Shown here one piece after another: positions 29,577-39,519 of a DNA stretch of 64,000 nt. The stretch is from an uncultured Clostridia bacterium (GTDB lineage Bacteria > Bacillota > Clostridia > Christensenellales > UBA3700), in contig CAOKSY010000001.1 in the NCBI GenBank assembly GCA_948471525.1, positions 156,080 to 220,079 of the forward strand. The letters run 5' to 3'. The position numbers were made by a program, and so were the translations under genes. The first letter of the stretch is position 1; every line of letters starts with the position of its first letter. The notes beneath the pieces are model-generated. The model worked only from the letters and a program-made list of their open reading frames with translations, had not been told where the DNA came from and searched no databases.

Positions 29577-31847
29577 TCAAGCCGCTTCCCCGCCCGTAAG
29601 TCGGAAGACCACTACGCTTGAATCGTCTTTGAGCCCCAACGCTTTGGCTTGGTTTATTATCTCATCGCATATCTGTCTGGGATTGAGCGTCGACAGCGTA
29701 TTGAGAATATGCTTTATGCCTCCCAAAGTAAGCGTCTCCATTATGCCGTCGGTGAACATTACGACCATCTCTCCCACCGCGAGAAGCTGTCTCTGCACCT
29801 GCGGCGTCGCCTCTTCGACGATACCGAGAGGAAGCGCGCTGCAATCTATCGTCTGAATGCTGTCGAGCCTCTTTATAAGGCTTTGCACTCCGCCCTGTTT
29901 GATAAAATCCACAAGCCCCAATTCAAGATCTATCACGCACATATCCAACGCGTTGAAATCGTCTTTGGATACGACGGCGAGAAGTCTGTTGACAAGCATA
30001 AGCGAATTGACGTTGTCAAACCCCGCCTTGTAATAAGAACTGACCATATCGAGGGCAAGTTGGCTTCCTTCGCGCGCCGAAAAGCCGGTACCCATCCCGT
30101 CGCACAGCGCGATAAGGACTTTGTCGTGTTTGAGTTTCGTCACGGTATAGGTGTCTCCGCTAGCCTTGGAATCGGGCTTTGTGCACGCGGCGGTCGCGTA
30201 GGTGATTCGGTACTTGGGAGAATTTATCATCGTGATGCAATATCTGCCGTCCGGAAGTTTGCGCTCCTCCTTTTTTTCGAGCGACGCGCCTATAAGTTTT
30301 GACAGCACTCCTATCAGCGCCTTTTTGTTGCGATCGCGTTCGCGCACTATCAGCGATACCGTGTATTTGCCGTTCTTTACAAGCGTCATCACGTCGCTGC
30401 ACACGATATTATTGTATCCCAGTTCCTCTACAATCCTTGCGTCGAGTTTGTCGTCTATATTGACCGCGCTCTTGACTTCTTCGCTAAGCCCCGACAGTAT
30501 GTCGCTTACGCCAAGAAGCTGTCCCGAGATAAGCTTTTGATCGACTTCCATCTCCTTGCCCGAATTATACTTTATATCATAGGCAAGCGCCGTATGGTTG
30601 CACGCCGACAAAAGCGTGGGCAGTTGGATACATTTAGACGAGAGATAAGTGGGCAGATCCTCTATCGTTGCCTTGCCCGAAGTCAGCACCGTGCGCACCA
30701 CTCCTTCGAGAAGCGATTGCAACTCGTTGCCGAGCATATTCTGACAGTAATCTTTGTTTATGCAGTTGGAGCAGGTATTGAGCATTATCTCCTGCGCTAT
30801 TCCGGGAACAGCCTGTACAGGAGGCAGATAACGCATAACGTTCTTGGAATAGATCTCCGACATCTCATAGAATACCCCCGACACCGCGCCTATTCGCGAG
30901 GCGAGTTCCCGTCGGGAACGGTTGACTAGTTCCCTCGCGCTTTCCCTTCCCTCTCCGAATTTGAAGGACGGAAGTTTGCTTATAAAAGCGTCGGTCAGCG
31001 AAGTGGTTATCAGCACTCCCGCGGCAAACCCTATCAAATGCAGATAGTATACTCCCGAAAACACTCTGAAATAGAGACCGCAAATTATATGCGTAAGTAC
31101 TGCTGAGAGCCCCGCGACCCATCTGTTTGCGCTGAAAAGATACGCTGTGAGAAAGATAAGGATCACTCCTCCGCTCATTGCGAGATTTATATCGGTAAGT
31201 CCGCCGCCGACCGCTAACGCGCCCGCCATAACTATGCCCTGCGGAAGGGAAAAATTGCGGTAAAGATAGGGCAAGGCAATTCCTAGCGCGAGATAGTATA
31301 TTCTGAATCCGTAGATGTCGAGCGCATATAGTCCGTTGGCTACGATGGCGAGCAGCACAAAGCCGCCTACTATCTCGTCGCCGCTCAACCTTCTGCCTAT
31401 GCCGCGCACGCCGAGCGCATAACATATCGTACAAAACAGCAGACTTACTACGACTTGACTGACGAGAAAAACCCCGTACTCTATTTTGAATCCGCGCGTT
31501 ATGTCTATGACCGCCAAAGGCAATACGCACAAGAGCGCATACCCTGCCGCCGCATAAAGGCGCATAGGTTTGGCAAATAAATAGTGAAGGTATTTTGCGA
31601 GCAGCATTATCACGATCGGAACGATCGCGTAAATTATGCCGTAAAGCGAATGATCGCATATAAGACAGATCGCCAAATAACATGGACAAAGCACCGCGAT
31701 AGAAAAACGGCAATATATCAGCGCGACAAAAAGCGATAGGGCGTAACCTTTGTAATCCCCTACCACAGTAGCCTGCTGACACAGAAACATAAGTATCGCT
31801 ATTATAACGTAATTTTTTGCATATCTAAGCGCGCTGTTTATCTTCAT
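29577..31847 (-). CDS. spoIIE: Stage II sporulation protein E (polytopic membrane domain + PP2C phosphatase)
   Basis: 756 aa. ~10 N-terminal TM helices, a central region, and a C-terminal PP2C-type domain (LIALCDGMGTGFSAREGSQLA ... MFTDGI). Confidence 0.85.
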   Translation of the reverse strand: MKINSALRYAKNYVIIAILMFLCQQATVVGDYKGYALSLFVALIYCRFSIAVLCPCYLAICLICDHSLYGIIYAIVPIVIMLLAKYLHYLFAKPMRLYAAAGYALLCVLPLAVIDITRGFKIEYGVFLVSQVVVSLLFCTICYALGVRGIGRRLSGDEIVGGFVLLAIVANGLYALDIYGFRIYYLALGIALPYLYRNFSLPQGIVMAGALAVGGGLTDINLAMSGGVILIFLTAYLFSANRWVAGLSAVLTHIICGLYFRVFSGVYYLHLIGFAAGVLITTSLTDAFISKLPSFKFGEGRESARELVNRSRRELASRIGAVSGVFYEMSEIYSKNVMRYLPPVQAVPGIAQEIMLNTCSNCINKDYCQNMLGNELQSLLEGVVRTVLTSGKATIEDLPTYLSSKCIQLPTLLSACNHTALAYDIKYNSGKEMEVDQKLISGQLLGVSDILSGLSEEVKSAVNIDDKLDARIVEELGYNNIVCSDVMTLVKNGKYTVSLIVRERDRNKKALIGVLSKLIGASLEKKEERKLPDGRYCITMINSPKYRITYATAACTKPDSKASGDTYTVTKLKHDKVLIALCDGMGTGFSAREGSQLALDMVSSYYKAGFDNVNSLMLVNRLLAVVSKDDFNALDMCVIDLELGLVDFIKQGGVQSLIKRLDSIQTIDCSALPLGIVEEATPQVQRQLLAVGEMVVMFTDGIMETLTLGGIKHILNTLSTLNPRQICDEIINQAKALGLKDDSSVVVFRLTGGEAA

Positions 31848-31942
31848 AACAAGTATATGATAAACCTTGCAAGAAGTCGCAAAATATACTTTCAGGTCGA
31901 ATAACGGAAAAGATCGTCGAAAAAATTATCTCGTTATATCCG

Positions 31943-32638
31943 TCAGCCCTTTTCTTCGACGAATTTTATCTTGCCGACAGCCTTCTTTCCCCGTGCCAGC
32001 GACAGAGGAAGATAAAAAGCCGCCATCTCTCCGAATTTTACGCTTTCTATCTTTCCGTACGGATTTATACATACGTACGCGCCGCAAAACTGCATAAGCA
32101 CGGATTTGCCGCTAGCAAGCGCCAACGCCTTTGCGCAGGTTATCCTCTCCCTGTCCACCGGCACGGAGTTGACGCTGAATACGTATCTGCATCCCTCGAG
32201 ACAGCTCTGCCAAAGCGCGGGATAACATACGTCGGAATCGACGAATACGCATATCTTGCCCCTGCTTGTCAAAAAACTCCTCGATACTTTGCCCGCGACG
32301 TATCCTTTGGGCGGATTGATCTCGTCGCATACTCCGAATATATGCCCCTTATCGATCAGCGCGGAGCTGTTGAATATCCTCTCGCCTATCTTTGCCCGAA
32401 TGGAGACAATAAGCACGATCTCCTTGTCCCTGCTGAACGCCGCCATATCTTTCAATACGCTGCTCTTGCCGCTCAACTCGGCAGGCAGATCGACGTATCC
32501 GGCAATCTCACGCGATAGTATAACGATATCGTTGGGAGAAACCAGCGCGCCGTATTCGTCGACGATACTGTCGAACTCCCTGTCGGAAAAACAAAAAATC
32601 ATACTGCATTGTATGAGACGACTTTCAAATGGGTGCAT
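31943..32638 (-). CDS. Hypothetical protein, weakly carbon-nitrogen-hydrolase-like
   Basis: 231 aa. Segments SALIDKGHIFGVCDE and ICVFVDSDVCYPALWQ loosely resemble nitrilase-superfamily strands. No clear RBS; the start is uncertain. Confidence 0.45.
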   Translation of the reverse strand: MHPFESRLIQCSMIFCFSDREFDSIVDEYGALVSPNDIVILSREIAGYVDLPAELSGKSSVLKDMAAFSRDKEIVLIVSIRAKIGERIFNSSALIDKGHIFGVCDEINPPKGYVAGKVSRSFLTSRGKICVFVDSDVCYPALWQSCLEGCRYVFSVNSVPVDRERITCAKALALASGKSVLMQFCGAYVCINPYGKIESVKFGEMAAFYLPLSLARGKKAVGKIKFVEEKG

Positions 32639-32874
32639 AGGTAACTGTATAGGCGTATGAGATCTATCGACTACTCTAATTAAAAAATAAAATCGTCGCC
32701 CTGAGCGAAATCGAACGGGTCTTTATCAAATTAATTTAATCAAAAGGATTAGATCTCTCCGCTACGGTCGAGATGACTGATTAATATGTAAATGACATAA
32801 ATATTAAAACATCGTGAGGCGGAATGCGAAATAAATAAAAAAGGAATAGGTAGATTTTTTGTTGAGACCCTGTA

Positions 32875-32916
32875 AGAAAAAATCGCCCGTACTGGAAGTA
32901 CGATGCGACTTTTTTG
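32875..32916 (-). terminator. Candidate terminator downstream of metA
   Basis: Minus strand TCGC-AT-CGTACT ttcc AGTACG-G-GCGA followed by TTTTTT. The stem is interrupted. Confidence 0.4.
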
Positions 32917-32955
32917 TTATGCCGATTTGGCGGCAAAAATTACTTAATTAATTCT

Positions 32956-33113
32956 CGTGAGGCGGAAAGCGAGTATCGCGCGTCTGCCGCGAATAGAAAA
33001 CGGCATACTGCGCGGAGAGGGAGCGCAGTCGTACTTGCTGTACGACAAGCGACCTCGACAATGCAGTATACCGTTTAATGCCGCGCTAGGCGCGTTATAT
33101 CTCGCTTTCCGCC
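32956..33113. repeat. ~155-nt nested inverted-repeat (multi-stem) element overlapping the metA stop codon
   Basis: Outer arms ggcggaaagcgag (32961-32973) / ctcgctttccgcc (33101-33113). Inner arms aaacggcatactgc / gcagtataccgttt. Central perfect hairpin gtcgtac-ttgct-gtacgac. A third copy of tcgtgaggcggaa.gcga lies at 32812-32829. Confidence 0.5.
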
Positions 33114-34018
33114 GAACAAAAACTAAAAGGAGTCACTTGATAGACGTAATAGTTGAGCCAATTATTGAAAAGAAGATAAGCGGAGCTTCTCCAAGAAAGA
33201 TCGATATTATAAAGTCCGTCGTCCTCGAAATAATTGACGGGTCTGGCTATATTCAATCCCTTTTCGAGATCGCGCAAGTACTCCTTCTTGAGCGTAGTTC
33301 TGTCGTATTCGCTGTGTCCGGTGAGAAAGAATCTCCTGTTGTCTACGCTCTTGACGATCGCTATGCCGCAATCCTTGCCCGACGCAAGTACTTTGAGACG
33401 GGGATCTCTGCGGATAGCGTCTTCATCGATAGAGGTATGACGGGACATGGGAATATACATTCTGTCGTTCATTCCCTTGAGAAGAACGTCGTATTTGTCT
33501 TCTGCGCGCACTTCGTAAATACCGAAGAGTTTGCTATCCAAGGCGACCTTCTCTACGCCGTAGTGATAAAAGAGCCCCGCCTGCGCTCCCCAGCAAATAT
33601 GTACCGTGGACGTGACGTGAGAGTCCGACCAAGCCATTATATCGGTCAGTTCCTTCCAATACGCGACTTTGTCGAAATCCATTGTCTCTACAGGCGCGCC
33701 GGTGATTATCATTCCGTCGAAATACTTATCTTTTATTTCATCGAATACTTTATAGAACTTTTGCATATGGCTTTGCGGAGTATTTTTAGAAATATAGGTA
33801 TCCATATTAACCAAAGTTACGTTTATCTGCAGCGACGAGTTGCCGAGCAAACGCATAATCTGCGTCTCGGTATCTATCTTGGTCGGCATAAGATTGACTA
33901 TCGCGATCTCTATAGGACGTATGTCCTGACTGACCGCTCTAGTCTCCGGCATAACGAAAATCTTTTCCTTCTCGAGAATATCGAAAGCCGGCAAATCCTT
34001 TGGTATAACTATGGGCAT
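33095..34018 (-). CDS. metA: Homoserine O-acyltransferase MetA
   Basis: 307 aa. MPIVIPKDLPA...VNLMPTKIDTETQ..., ICWGAQAG and GHSEYD, all typical of the MetA family. RBS AGGAG. Confidence 0.92.
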   Translation of the reverse strand: MPIVIPKDLPAFDILEKEKIFVMPETRAVSQDIRPIEIAIVNLMPTKIDTETQIMRLLGNSSLQINVTLVNMDTYISKNTPQSHMQKFYKVFDEIKDKYFDGMIITGAPVETMDFDKVAYWKELTDIMAWSDSHVTSTVHICWGAQAGLFYHYGVEKVALDSKLFGIYEVRAEDKYDVLLKGMNDRMYIPMSRHTSIDEDAIRRDPRLKVLASGKDCGIAIVKSVDNRRFFLTGHSEYDRTTLKKEYLRDLEKGLNIARPVNYFEDDGLYNIDLSWRSSAYLLFNNWLNYYVYQVTPFSFCSAESEI

Positions 34019-34054
34019 GATCTACTCCTTTGCCGCAAAGGCGCGGTAATTTCT

Positions 34055-35335
34055 TTAGTTGAGGCTGTCAAGCGCCTGTCTTACGTCGTCTATAAGATCG
34101 TCAACGTTTTCTATTCCGACGGAAAGTCTGATCAGTTCGGGAGATACGCCCGCATTCTTCAATTCTTCGTCGTTCATCTGTCTGTGCGTTGCGCTCGCAG
34201 GATGCAGACAGCAACTGCGCGCGTCGGCAACGTGCGTTTCGATAGCTATCGTCTTAAGACGTTTCATCACTTCTTCCGCCGCTTTTCGGCCGCCTTTTAC
34301 TCCGAAGCTGAGCACGCCGCACGAACCGTTTGGCAGATACTTCTTGCCGAGTTCGTAATCCGCATTGCCTTTAAGCGACGGATACTTAACCCAAGCAACG
34401 TTTTTATGTCCCTGCAAAAACTGCGCTATCTTCTCGGCGTTTTCGCAGTGTCTCTGCATTCTGAGCGCAAGACTTTCCAATCCGAGATTGAGAATATAAG
34501 CGTTTTGCGGAGACTGTACCGATCCGAAGTCTCTCATCAACTGAGCGGTCGCTTTGGTGATAAACGCGCCGCCGAGACCGAATCTCTCGGCGTATACAAC
34601 GCCGTGGTAGCTCTCGTCGGGATAACAAAGTCCGGGGAACTTATCGGGATATTTCGTCCAATCGAATTTTCCCGAATCGACTATCGCGCCGCCTACTCCC
34701 GCGCCGTGTCCGTCCATGTATTTGGTGGTAGAGTGCGTCACGATATCCGCGCCCCATTCAAAAGGTCTGCAATTTATCGGAGTAGCAAAGGTATTGTCCA
34801 CAATGAGCGGTACTCCGTGTTCGTGCGCCGCCTTGGCAAATCTCTCTATATCGAATACGACTATCGCGGGATTGGCTATCGTCTCGCCGAAAACCGCCTT
34901 GGTGTTGGGGCGGAATGCCTTCTTCAATTCCTCGTCGCTGCAATCGGGTTTGACAAAAGTAAACTCGATGCCCATTCTCTTCATCGTCACGGCAAAAAGG
35001 TTGTAAGTGCCGCCGTAAATAGTCGAACTTGCTACTACGTGATCGCCGCAGCTTGCAATATTGAATACCGCGTAGAAATTGGCTGCCTGTCCCGACGAAG
35101 TGAGCATTGCCGCACTGCCGCCTTCGAGCTCGGCTATTTTCTTGGCAACGTAGTCGTTGGTGGGATTTTGCAATCTCGTATAAAAATATCCCGACGCTTC
35201 AAGGTCAAAAAGTTTTGCCATATGCTCGCTGGTGTCGTATTTGAAAGTCGTGCTTTGCACGATAGGTACCTGTCTCGGTTCTCCGTTGCCGGGCACGTAA
35301 CCGCCCTGCACGCAAATCGTTTCTATTTTGCTCAT
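34055..35335 (-). CDS. metY: O-acetylhomoserine sulfhydrylase (PLP-dependent)
   Basis: 426 aa. ...HSTTKYMDGHG PLP-lysine motif and Cys/Met-metabolism family pattern throughout. RBS AGGAG. Only 13 nt after the smpB stop. Confidence 0.92.
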   Translation of the reverse strand: MSKIETICVQGGYVPGNGEPRQVPIVQSTTFKYDTSEHMAKLFDLEASGYFYTRLQNPTNDYVAKKIAELEGGSAAMLTSSGQAANFYAVFNIASCGDHVVASSTIYGGTYNLFAVTMKRMGIEFTFVKPDCSDEELKKAFRPNTKAVFGETIANPAIVVFDIERFAKAAHEHGVPLIVDNTFATPINCRPFEWGADIVTHSTTKYMDGHGAGVGGAIVDSGKFDWTKYPDKFPGLCYPDESYHGVVYAERFGLGGAFITKATAQLMRDFGSVQSPQNAYILNLGLESLALRMQRHCENAEKIAQFLQGHKNVAWVKYPSLKGNADYELGKKYLPNGSCGVLSFGVKGGRKAAEEVMKRLKTIAIETHVADARSCCLHPASATHRQMNDEELKNAGVSPELIRLSVGIENVDDLIDDVRQALDSLN

Positions 35336-35348
35336 AGTATTTCTCCTT

Positions 35349-35804
35349 TTAAGCGTTATATTGTTTGATCGCTCTCTGTATTTCTCTCTTTGCTTCTTTG
35401 TCGGCGGTGGCTTTGCGCTTGTCGTGCAATTCCTTGCCCTTCGCCAACGCTATCTCCACTTTGACAAGTCCTTGACGGAAGTATATCTTTGTGGGTACTA
35501 TCGTATATGATTTCTGCGTGACCGCTCCTCTGAGTTTGTCTATCTCGCGTCTGTGCAAAAGCAGTTTTCTCGATCGCTTGCTGTCGGGATTGAAATAACT
35601 GCCCTTTTCGTACGGCTTGATATGCGCGTTCATAAGATAGACCTCGTTGCCTTTCACGACGCAAAAGGAATCTTTGAGATTGATATGTCCCTGACGTATG
35701 GACTTGACTTCGCAACCGACCAAAGCGATCCCTGCCTCATAGGTATCTTCTATGAAGTAATCGAAATACGCTTTCTTGTTGCTGTCGATAATTTTTATGC
35801 TCAT
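35349..35804 (-). CDS. smpB: SsrA-binding protein
   Basis: 151 aa. [29 protein letters not shown]...[11 protein letters not shown] is canonical SmpB. Confidence 0.95.
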   Translation of the reverse strand: MSIKIIDSNKKAYFDYFIEDTYEAGIALVGCEVKSIRQGHINLKDSFCVVKGNEVYLMNAHIKPYEKGSYFNPDSKRSRKLLLHRREIDKLRGAVTQKSYTIVPTKIYFRQGLVKVEIALAKGKELHDKRKATADKEAKREIQRAIKQYNA

Positions 35805-35867
35805 ACGATTCCTTTATTACGAAAAACACCCGACGCATACGGTCGGGTGTCTGAACTGTCTTTTTTC

Positions 35868-36167
35868 TTAGTCCACCGATATGAAGGTGATAAAGAAGAA
35901 TATTGCGAAGAACGCCATCAACACCGCGCCCGTAATCGTCAACTTCTTGAGTATGCTCTCCTTCGATTTGGACTTGTTCTTCTTTGAGTACGAATCCGTT
36001 TCCTGTCCGCCGATTACGCCAATATTGTCATTTTGGGGCTTCTGCATCATAACTACGACGATCGTAGCAATGCCCGTCAAAAGCATCATGATCATCAAAG
36101 TCGGTCTCAGCCATCTATGTACTTCGTACGGGAACAGCGCCGCTCCCAAGAAAAACAATAAATTCAT
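35868..36167 (-). CDS. secG: Preprotein translocase subunit SecG (probable)
   Basis: 99 aa. Two TM helices flank MQKPQNDNIGVIGGQ. Sits immediately upstream of smpB, as is common in Firmicutes. RBS GGAGGT. Confidence 0.7.
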   Translation of the reverse strand: MNLLFFLGAALFPYEVHRWLRPTLMIMMLLTGIATIVVVMMQKPQNDNIGVIGGQETDSYSKKNKSKSKESILKKLTITGAVLMAFFAIFFFITFISVD

Positions 36168-36390
36168 TACTTACCTCCGCGTCATATATATGACTGCCAT
36201 AATATAATATCATAACGCTTTCAAAAATTCAACGATTTTTCAATAAAAATATAAATTAGTACTTTTTCACCATTTTAAATACTATATCTTGTGTTTTCGA
36301 CAAGTCTAAGGCTGTCACCTAATTTATTATCGACTACATAGTATGTAAATATGACAGACACACCGTCAAATAACCGTCTAGGAGAAAAAA

Positions 36391-36897
36391 ATGTCAGACA
36401 CAAAATATTCACTTGATTTGCCCTATCCCGAACTGGTCGGTCCCTTTTATCCCGCCGACGTAAGATGTATAGTAGACGACTACAGCGGAAAGACGGGCGA
36501 ACTGACCGCCGTAATGCAATACCTCTATCAACATTACATAACAGCCGACTACGACGAAAGAATTTCCAAAGCAATGAAAGAAGTCGCCATAGTGGAAATG
36601 CGCCATCACGCTATGCTGGGCGAAGCAATCGCAAAGATGGGCGGCGACCCGATAATGGGCGGATCGACTTGTTTTTGGTCGGGCGCGAACGTAAATTACA
36701 TAAAGAATCCGATAGCCTTTCTTCAACACAATATAATGATGGAAAAACAAGCTATAGCCAATCATTCACGCGCGGCGGCTTGCGTAAAAAATCCCACGCT
36801 CAGCGAACTTATGCTGAGGATCGTCAAGGACGAAGAAGTACACGTCGCTATATTTAAAGAACTGCTCGACGAACTCGTAGCCTGCTCTACCGAATGA
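36391..36897 (+). CDS. Ferritin-like / manganese-catalase (CotJC-like) family protein
   Basis: 168 aa. GELTAVMQYLYQHY and EVAIVEMRHHAMLGE are di-metal ferritin-like helices. RBS AGGAG. Confidence 0.65.
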   Translation: MSDTKYSLDLPYPELVGPFYPADVRCIVDDYSGKTGELTAVMQYLYQHYITADYDERISKAMKEVAIVEMRHHAMLGEAIAKMGGDPIMGGSTCFWSGANVNYIKNPIAFLQHNIMMEKQAIANHSRAAACVKNPTLSELMLRIVKDEEVHVAIFKELLDELVACSTE

Positions 36898-36949
36898 CGA
36901 AAACAAGATACCCCCTGCTCGCCGCAAGGGGTATCTATCCGTTGGATAA

Positions 36950-38695
36950 TTATTTTATTCGCTCGAGAATACTTTCCTGTATGACCTTGTTGCGCAATAC
37001 GCTATCTTGGATACTCTCAGCTTTTGTGGAAACGTAGACCTTGAGTTTGGGCTCGGTACCGCTCGGACGTATGCAAAGCCATTCGTCGTCGCCGAATTCG
37101 TATTTGATGACGTTGGTCTCTGGAAGATCGCTCATCTCAATCCTGCCGTCCTCGAAGTAGCACACCGTGCCGTTCTTGAGATCGGCTTTGCTCTTCATAT
37201 CTACTCCTCCTACGACAAGCATATCTTCCTCTCGGAACATCTCCATTATGGAAGCCATCTTCTCCATGCCGTCAAGTCCTTTGAACGCTATCGATTTGGA
37301 CGTCTCGACAAAATATCCGAACTTATCGAAAAGCTCGTTGAGTTTTGCATACAGCGAGATGTTTTTATAAGCGTAATAACAAGCCATTTCCGCGAACAGC
37401 ATACTTGCTACTACCGCGTCCTTGTCTCTCGCGTGAGTGCCGGACAGATATCCGTAACTCTCCTCGTAGCCGAACATAAACGTGTGCTCCTTGCTGCTTT
37501 CCCATTCTTTGATCTTTTCGCCTATAAACTTAAATCCGGTCAGCACGTCGTAGACGCTTACGCCGTAACTTTTGGCGATCTTGTCGGCAAGACGCGTCGT
37601 GACTATCGTCTTGACCACCGCGCCGTTGGCGGGCAACGTGCCTTCTTCCTTATGTCTCATAAGTATATAGTCCATAAGCATCGCGCCTATCTGATTGCCG
37701 TTGAGAAGCATAAACTCGCCCTTGCCGTCGCGTATGGCTACGCCCATTCTGTCGCAGTCGGGATCTGTGCCGATGACTATATCGCTGCCGAGTTTGTCTG
37801 CAAGTTCTATGCCCATCTTCAGCGCGTCGGGCTGTTCGGGATTGGGCATTGCGACTGTGGAGAATTCCGTGTCGGGATATTTCTGTTCCTCGACTACCGA
37901 TACCGATATGCCCATCTTTGCAAGCATCGTCGTCACGGGTACGTATCCCGATCCGTGTATAGGAGAATAAACTATCTTGATATCCTTGCCGACTTTCTTC
38001 ACAGCCTCATCGGACAGAGACAGTTTGGATATCTCGGCGTAGTACTTGTCGTCGAGGCTCTTTCCTATCACGGTGATATGATCGCCGAGTCTATATCCGT
38101 CCTTGCCCTCGATATCATGATGATTCTCCGTAACCACGCTCTCTTTCGCGATATCGAAATAAGGAGTTGCGTCTATGAATTTGACTACTTCGGCAGTTGC
38201 CTCGGGCGACATCTGCGCTCCGTCTTCTCCGTATACTTTATATCCGTTGTATTCCTTGGGATTGTGACTTGCGGTGATCATTATTCCTGCGATACAGCCT
38301 AGCTGTCTCACCGCGTAAGAACACATGGGCACGGGGCGCACGTTTTCAAACAAACTTACTTTGACGCCGTTGGCTCCCAATACTCTCGCCGCCGTCAACG
38401 CAAACTCGAAGGACATCCTTCTCGTGTCGTACGATATGACCACTCCTCTTTCCGCTTCGTTTGCGCCCAACGAATTGATATAATCGGCAAGTCCTTTCGT
38501 CGCTCTGGCAACTGTGTATTCGTTCATATTGGAAATGCCCATGGATATAGTGCCTCGCATTCCCGCCGTGCCGAAAGCAAGCGGCAAAGTAAATCTCTCT
38601 CTTATCTCCTTGTCGTCGTCTTTGACGGACAGAAGTTCGCTCTTTTGCTCCTCGCTCACTTTGGCAAGCCATTCGTTGAAATTATCTAAATACAT
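36950..38695 (-). CDS. Phosphoglucomutase/phosphomannomutase-family phospho-sugar mutase
   Basis: 581 aa. Active-site GIMITASHNPKEYNGYKVY and metal loop GTDPDCDR. Confidence 0.9.
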   Translation of the reverse strand: MYLDNFNEWLAKVSEEQKSELLSVKDDDKEIRERFTLPLAFGTAGMRGTISMGISNMNEYTVARATKGLADYINSLGANEAERGVVISYDTRRMSFEFALTAARVLGANGVKVSLFENVRPVPMCSYAVRQLGCIAGIMITASHNPKEYNGYKVYGEDGAQMSPEATAEVVKFIDATPYFDIAKESVVTENHHDIEGKDGYRLGDHITVIGKSLDDKYYAEISKLSLSDEAVKKVGKDIKIVYSPIHGSGYVPVTTMLAKMGISVSVVEEQKYPDTEFSTVAMPNPEQPDALKMGIELADKLGSDIVIGTDPDCDRMGVAIRDGKGEFMLLNGNQIGAMLMDYILMRHKEEGTLPANGAVVKTIVTTRLADKIAKSYGVSVYDVLTGFKFIGEKIKEWESSKEHTFMFGYEESYGYLSGTHARDKDAVVASMLFAEMACYYAYKNISLYAKLNELFDKFGYFVETSKSIAFKGLDGMEKMASIMEMFREEDMLVVGGVDMKSKADLKNGTVCYFEDGRIEMSDLPETNVIKYEFGDDEWLCIRPSGTEPKLKVYVSTKAESIQDSVLRNKVIQESILERIK

Positions 38696-38771
38696 ACGTC
38701 ACCTCTCAAATGTTTATATTCATATTATATCATTGCAAAACGCTATTTACAACGCTTTGCGCCGTCGCGCT

Positions 38772-39374
38772 TTATTTAGCGCATTCTTCGTCAAAATAAG
38801 TCGCCATTATGTCCGCGATATGAACCATCGCCGCAAACGGATATTCCGAAAAAGCCTGACTTAAAGAAAAATCTCCGCCCAGCACTCTTTTGTCGAATCC
38901 GCCCATATGCCAGTTGATCGCCATCGCTTCATCGCGCGTCAGTCTCATAAATCCGCTTATGATATATACTGATTTTTCTCCGTGACCGTAAGGCAGAGAA
39001 TCTTTGACGCTGTAGAAAGGCACTTGCTCCCAAAATCCGTCGACTTTGACGTTGCGCATTTTGACTTCGTAAAAATCCACCTTGCACACGTCGTGCAAAA
39101 GCGTCGCTATCGCGATGTTTTCCATAGTTATGTTCTTAAAAAGCGCGCTGCTTTCCTTCGCGATTTCGCGCTCGTAGATCTCGACCGCTCTCTCGAATAC
39201 GTTGAGCGAATGATCGCAAAGTCCGCCCGTCACCGCATTGTGGAACTTGGAACTCGCAGGCGCGGTAAAAAAATCGCTGTCGCAAAGCCATTTGAGAAGT
39301 TTGTCGCTGCCCTCTCTCGTCACGTATTTGTTGAATAACTGTATAAAACGTTCTTTATTAAAATCTAAGTCCAT
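38772..39374 (-). CDS. HD-domain phosphohydrolase
   Basis: 200 aa. SSKFHN...GGLCDHSL...LLHDVCK HD-domain residues. RBS GGGAG. Confidence 0.8.
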   Translation of the reverse strand: MDLDFNKERFIQLFNKYVTREGSDKLLKWLCDSDFFTAPASSKFHNAVTGGLCDHSLNVFERAVEIYEREIAKESSALFKNITMENIAIATLLHDVCKVDFYEVKMRNVKVDGFWEQVPFYSVKDSLPYGHGEKSVYIISGFMRLTRDEAMAINWHMGGFDKRVLGGDFSLSQAFSEYPFAAMVHIADIMATYFDEECAK

Positions 39375-39480
39375 TTTCTTTTCTCCCGCTGTATACAGTA
39401 ATTATATATCTTAAAGCATAAAAATGTCAATCCGACAGCCTTAACAATAGACACATATTGATCTAGGATATCACTGAATC

Positions 39481-39513
39481 AAATACGGGGCGCGTTATCT
39501 GCTCCCCGTATTT
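39481..39513 (-). terminator. Hairpin after the 215-aa gene (also at 40331-40363)
   Basis: aaatacgggg-13 nt-ccccgtattt, a perfect 10-bp stem 6 nt after the stop codon. The T-tract on the minus strand is weak. Confidence 0.5.
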
Positions 39514-39519
39514 GATCTG

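Noticed and set aside
30865-31782. 305-aa minus-strand ORF in an alternative frame inside spoIIE.
   Set aside because: The sequence is Arg-rich and nonsensical (RRRDSRRLCAARHRSQR...). It is fully embedded in the spoIIE membrane-domain coding frame, which has coherent TM helices.
35336-35348. SAM (S-box) riboswitch upstream of metY.
   Set aside because: The gap to the smpB stop is 13 nt and contains only the RBS.
32957-35368. 803-aa + strand ORF spanning the whole metA-metY region. Similar long ORFs occur at 10086..12632 (848 aa), 7565..8638, 37007..38302, 21612..22805, 9164..9913, 13068..14018 and 664..1419.
   Set aside because: Each lies antisense to a minus-strand gene with unmistakable family motifs. 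Their translations are Arg/Ser/Tyr/Ile/Phe-rich low-complexity strings with no motifs and no RBS, and one crosses an intergenic gap. They are shadow ORFs caused by codon bias of the true genes.
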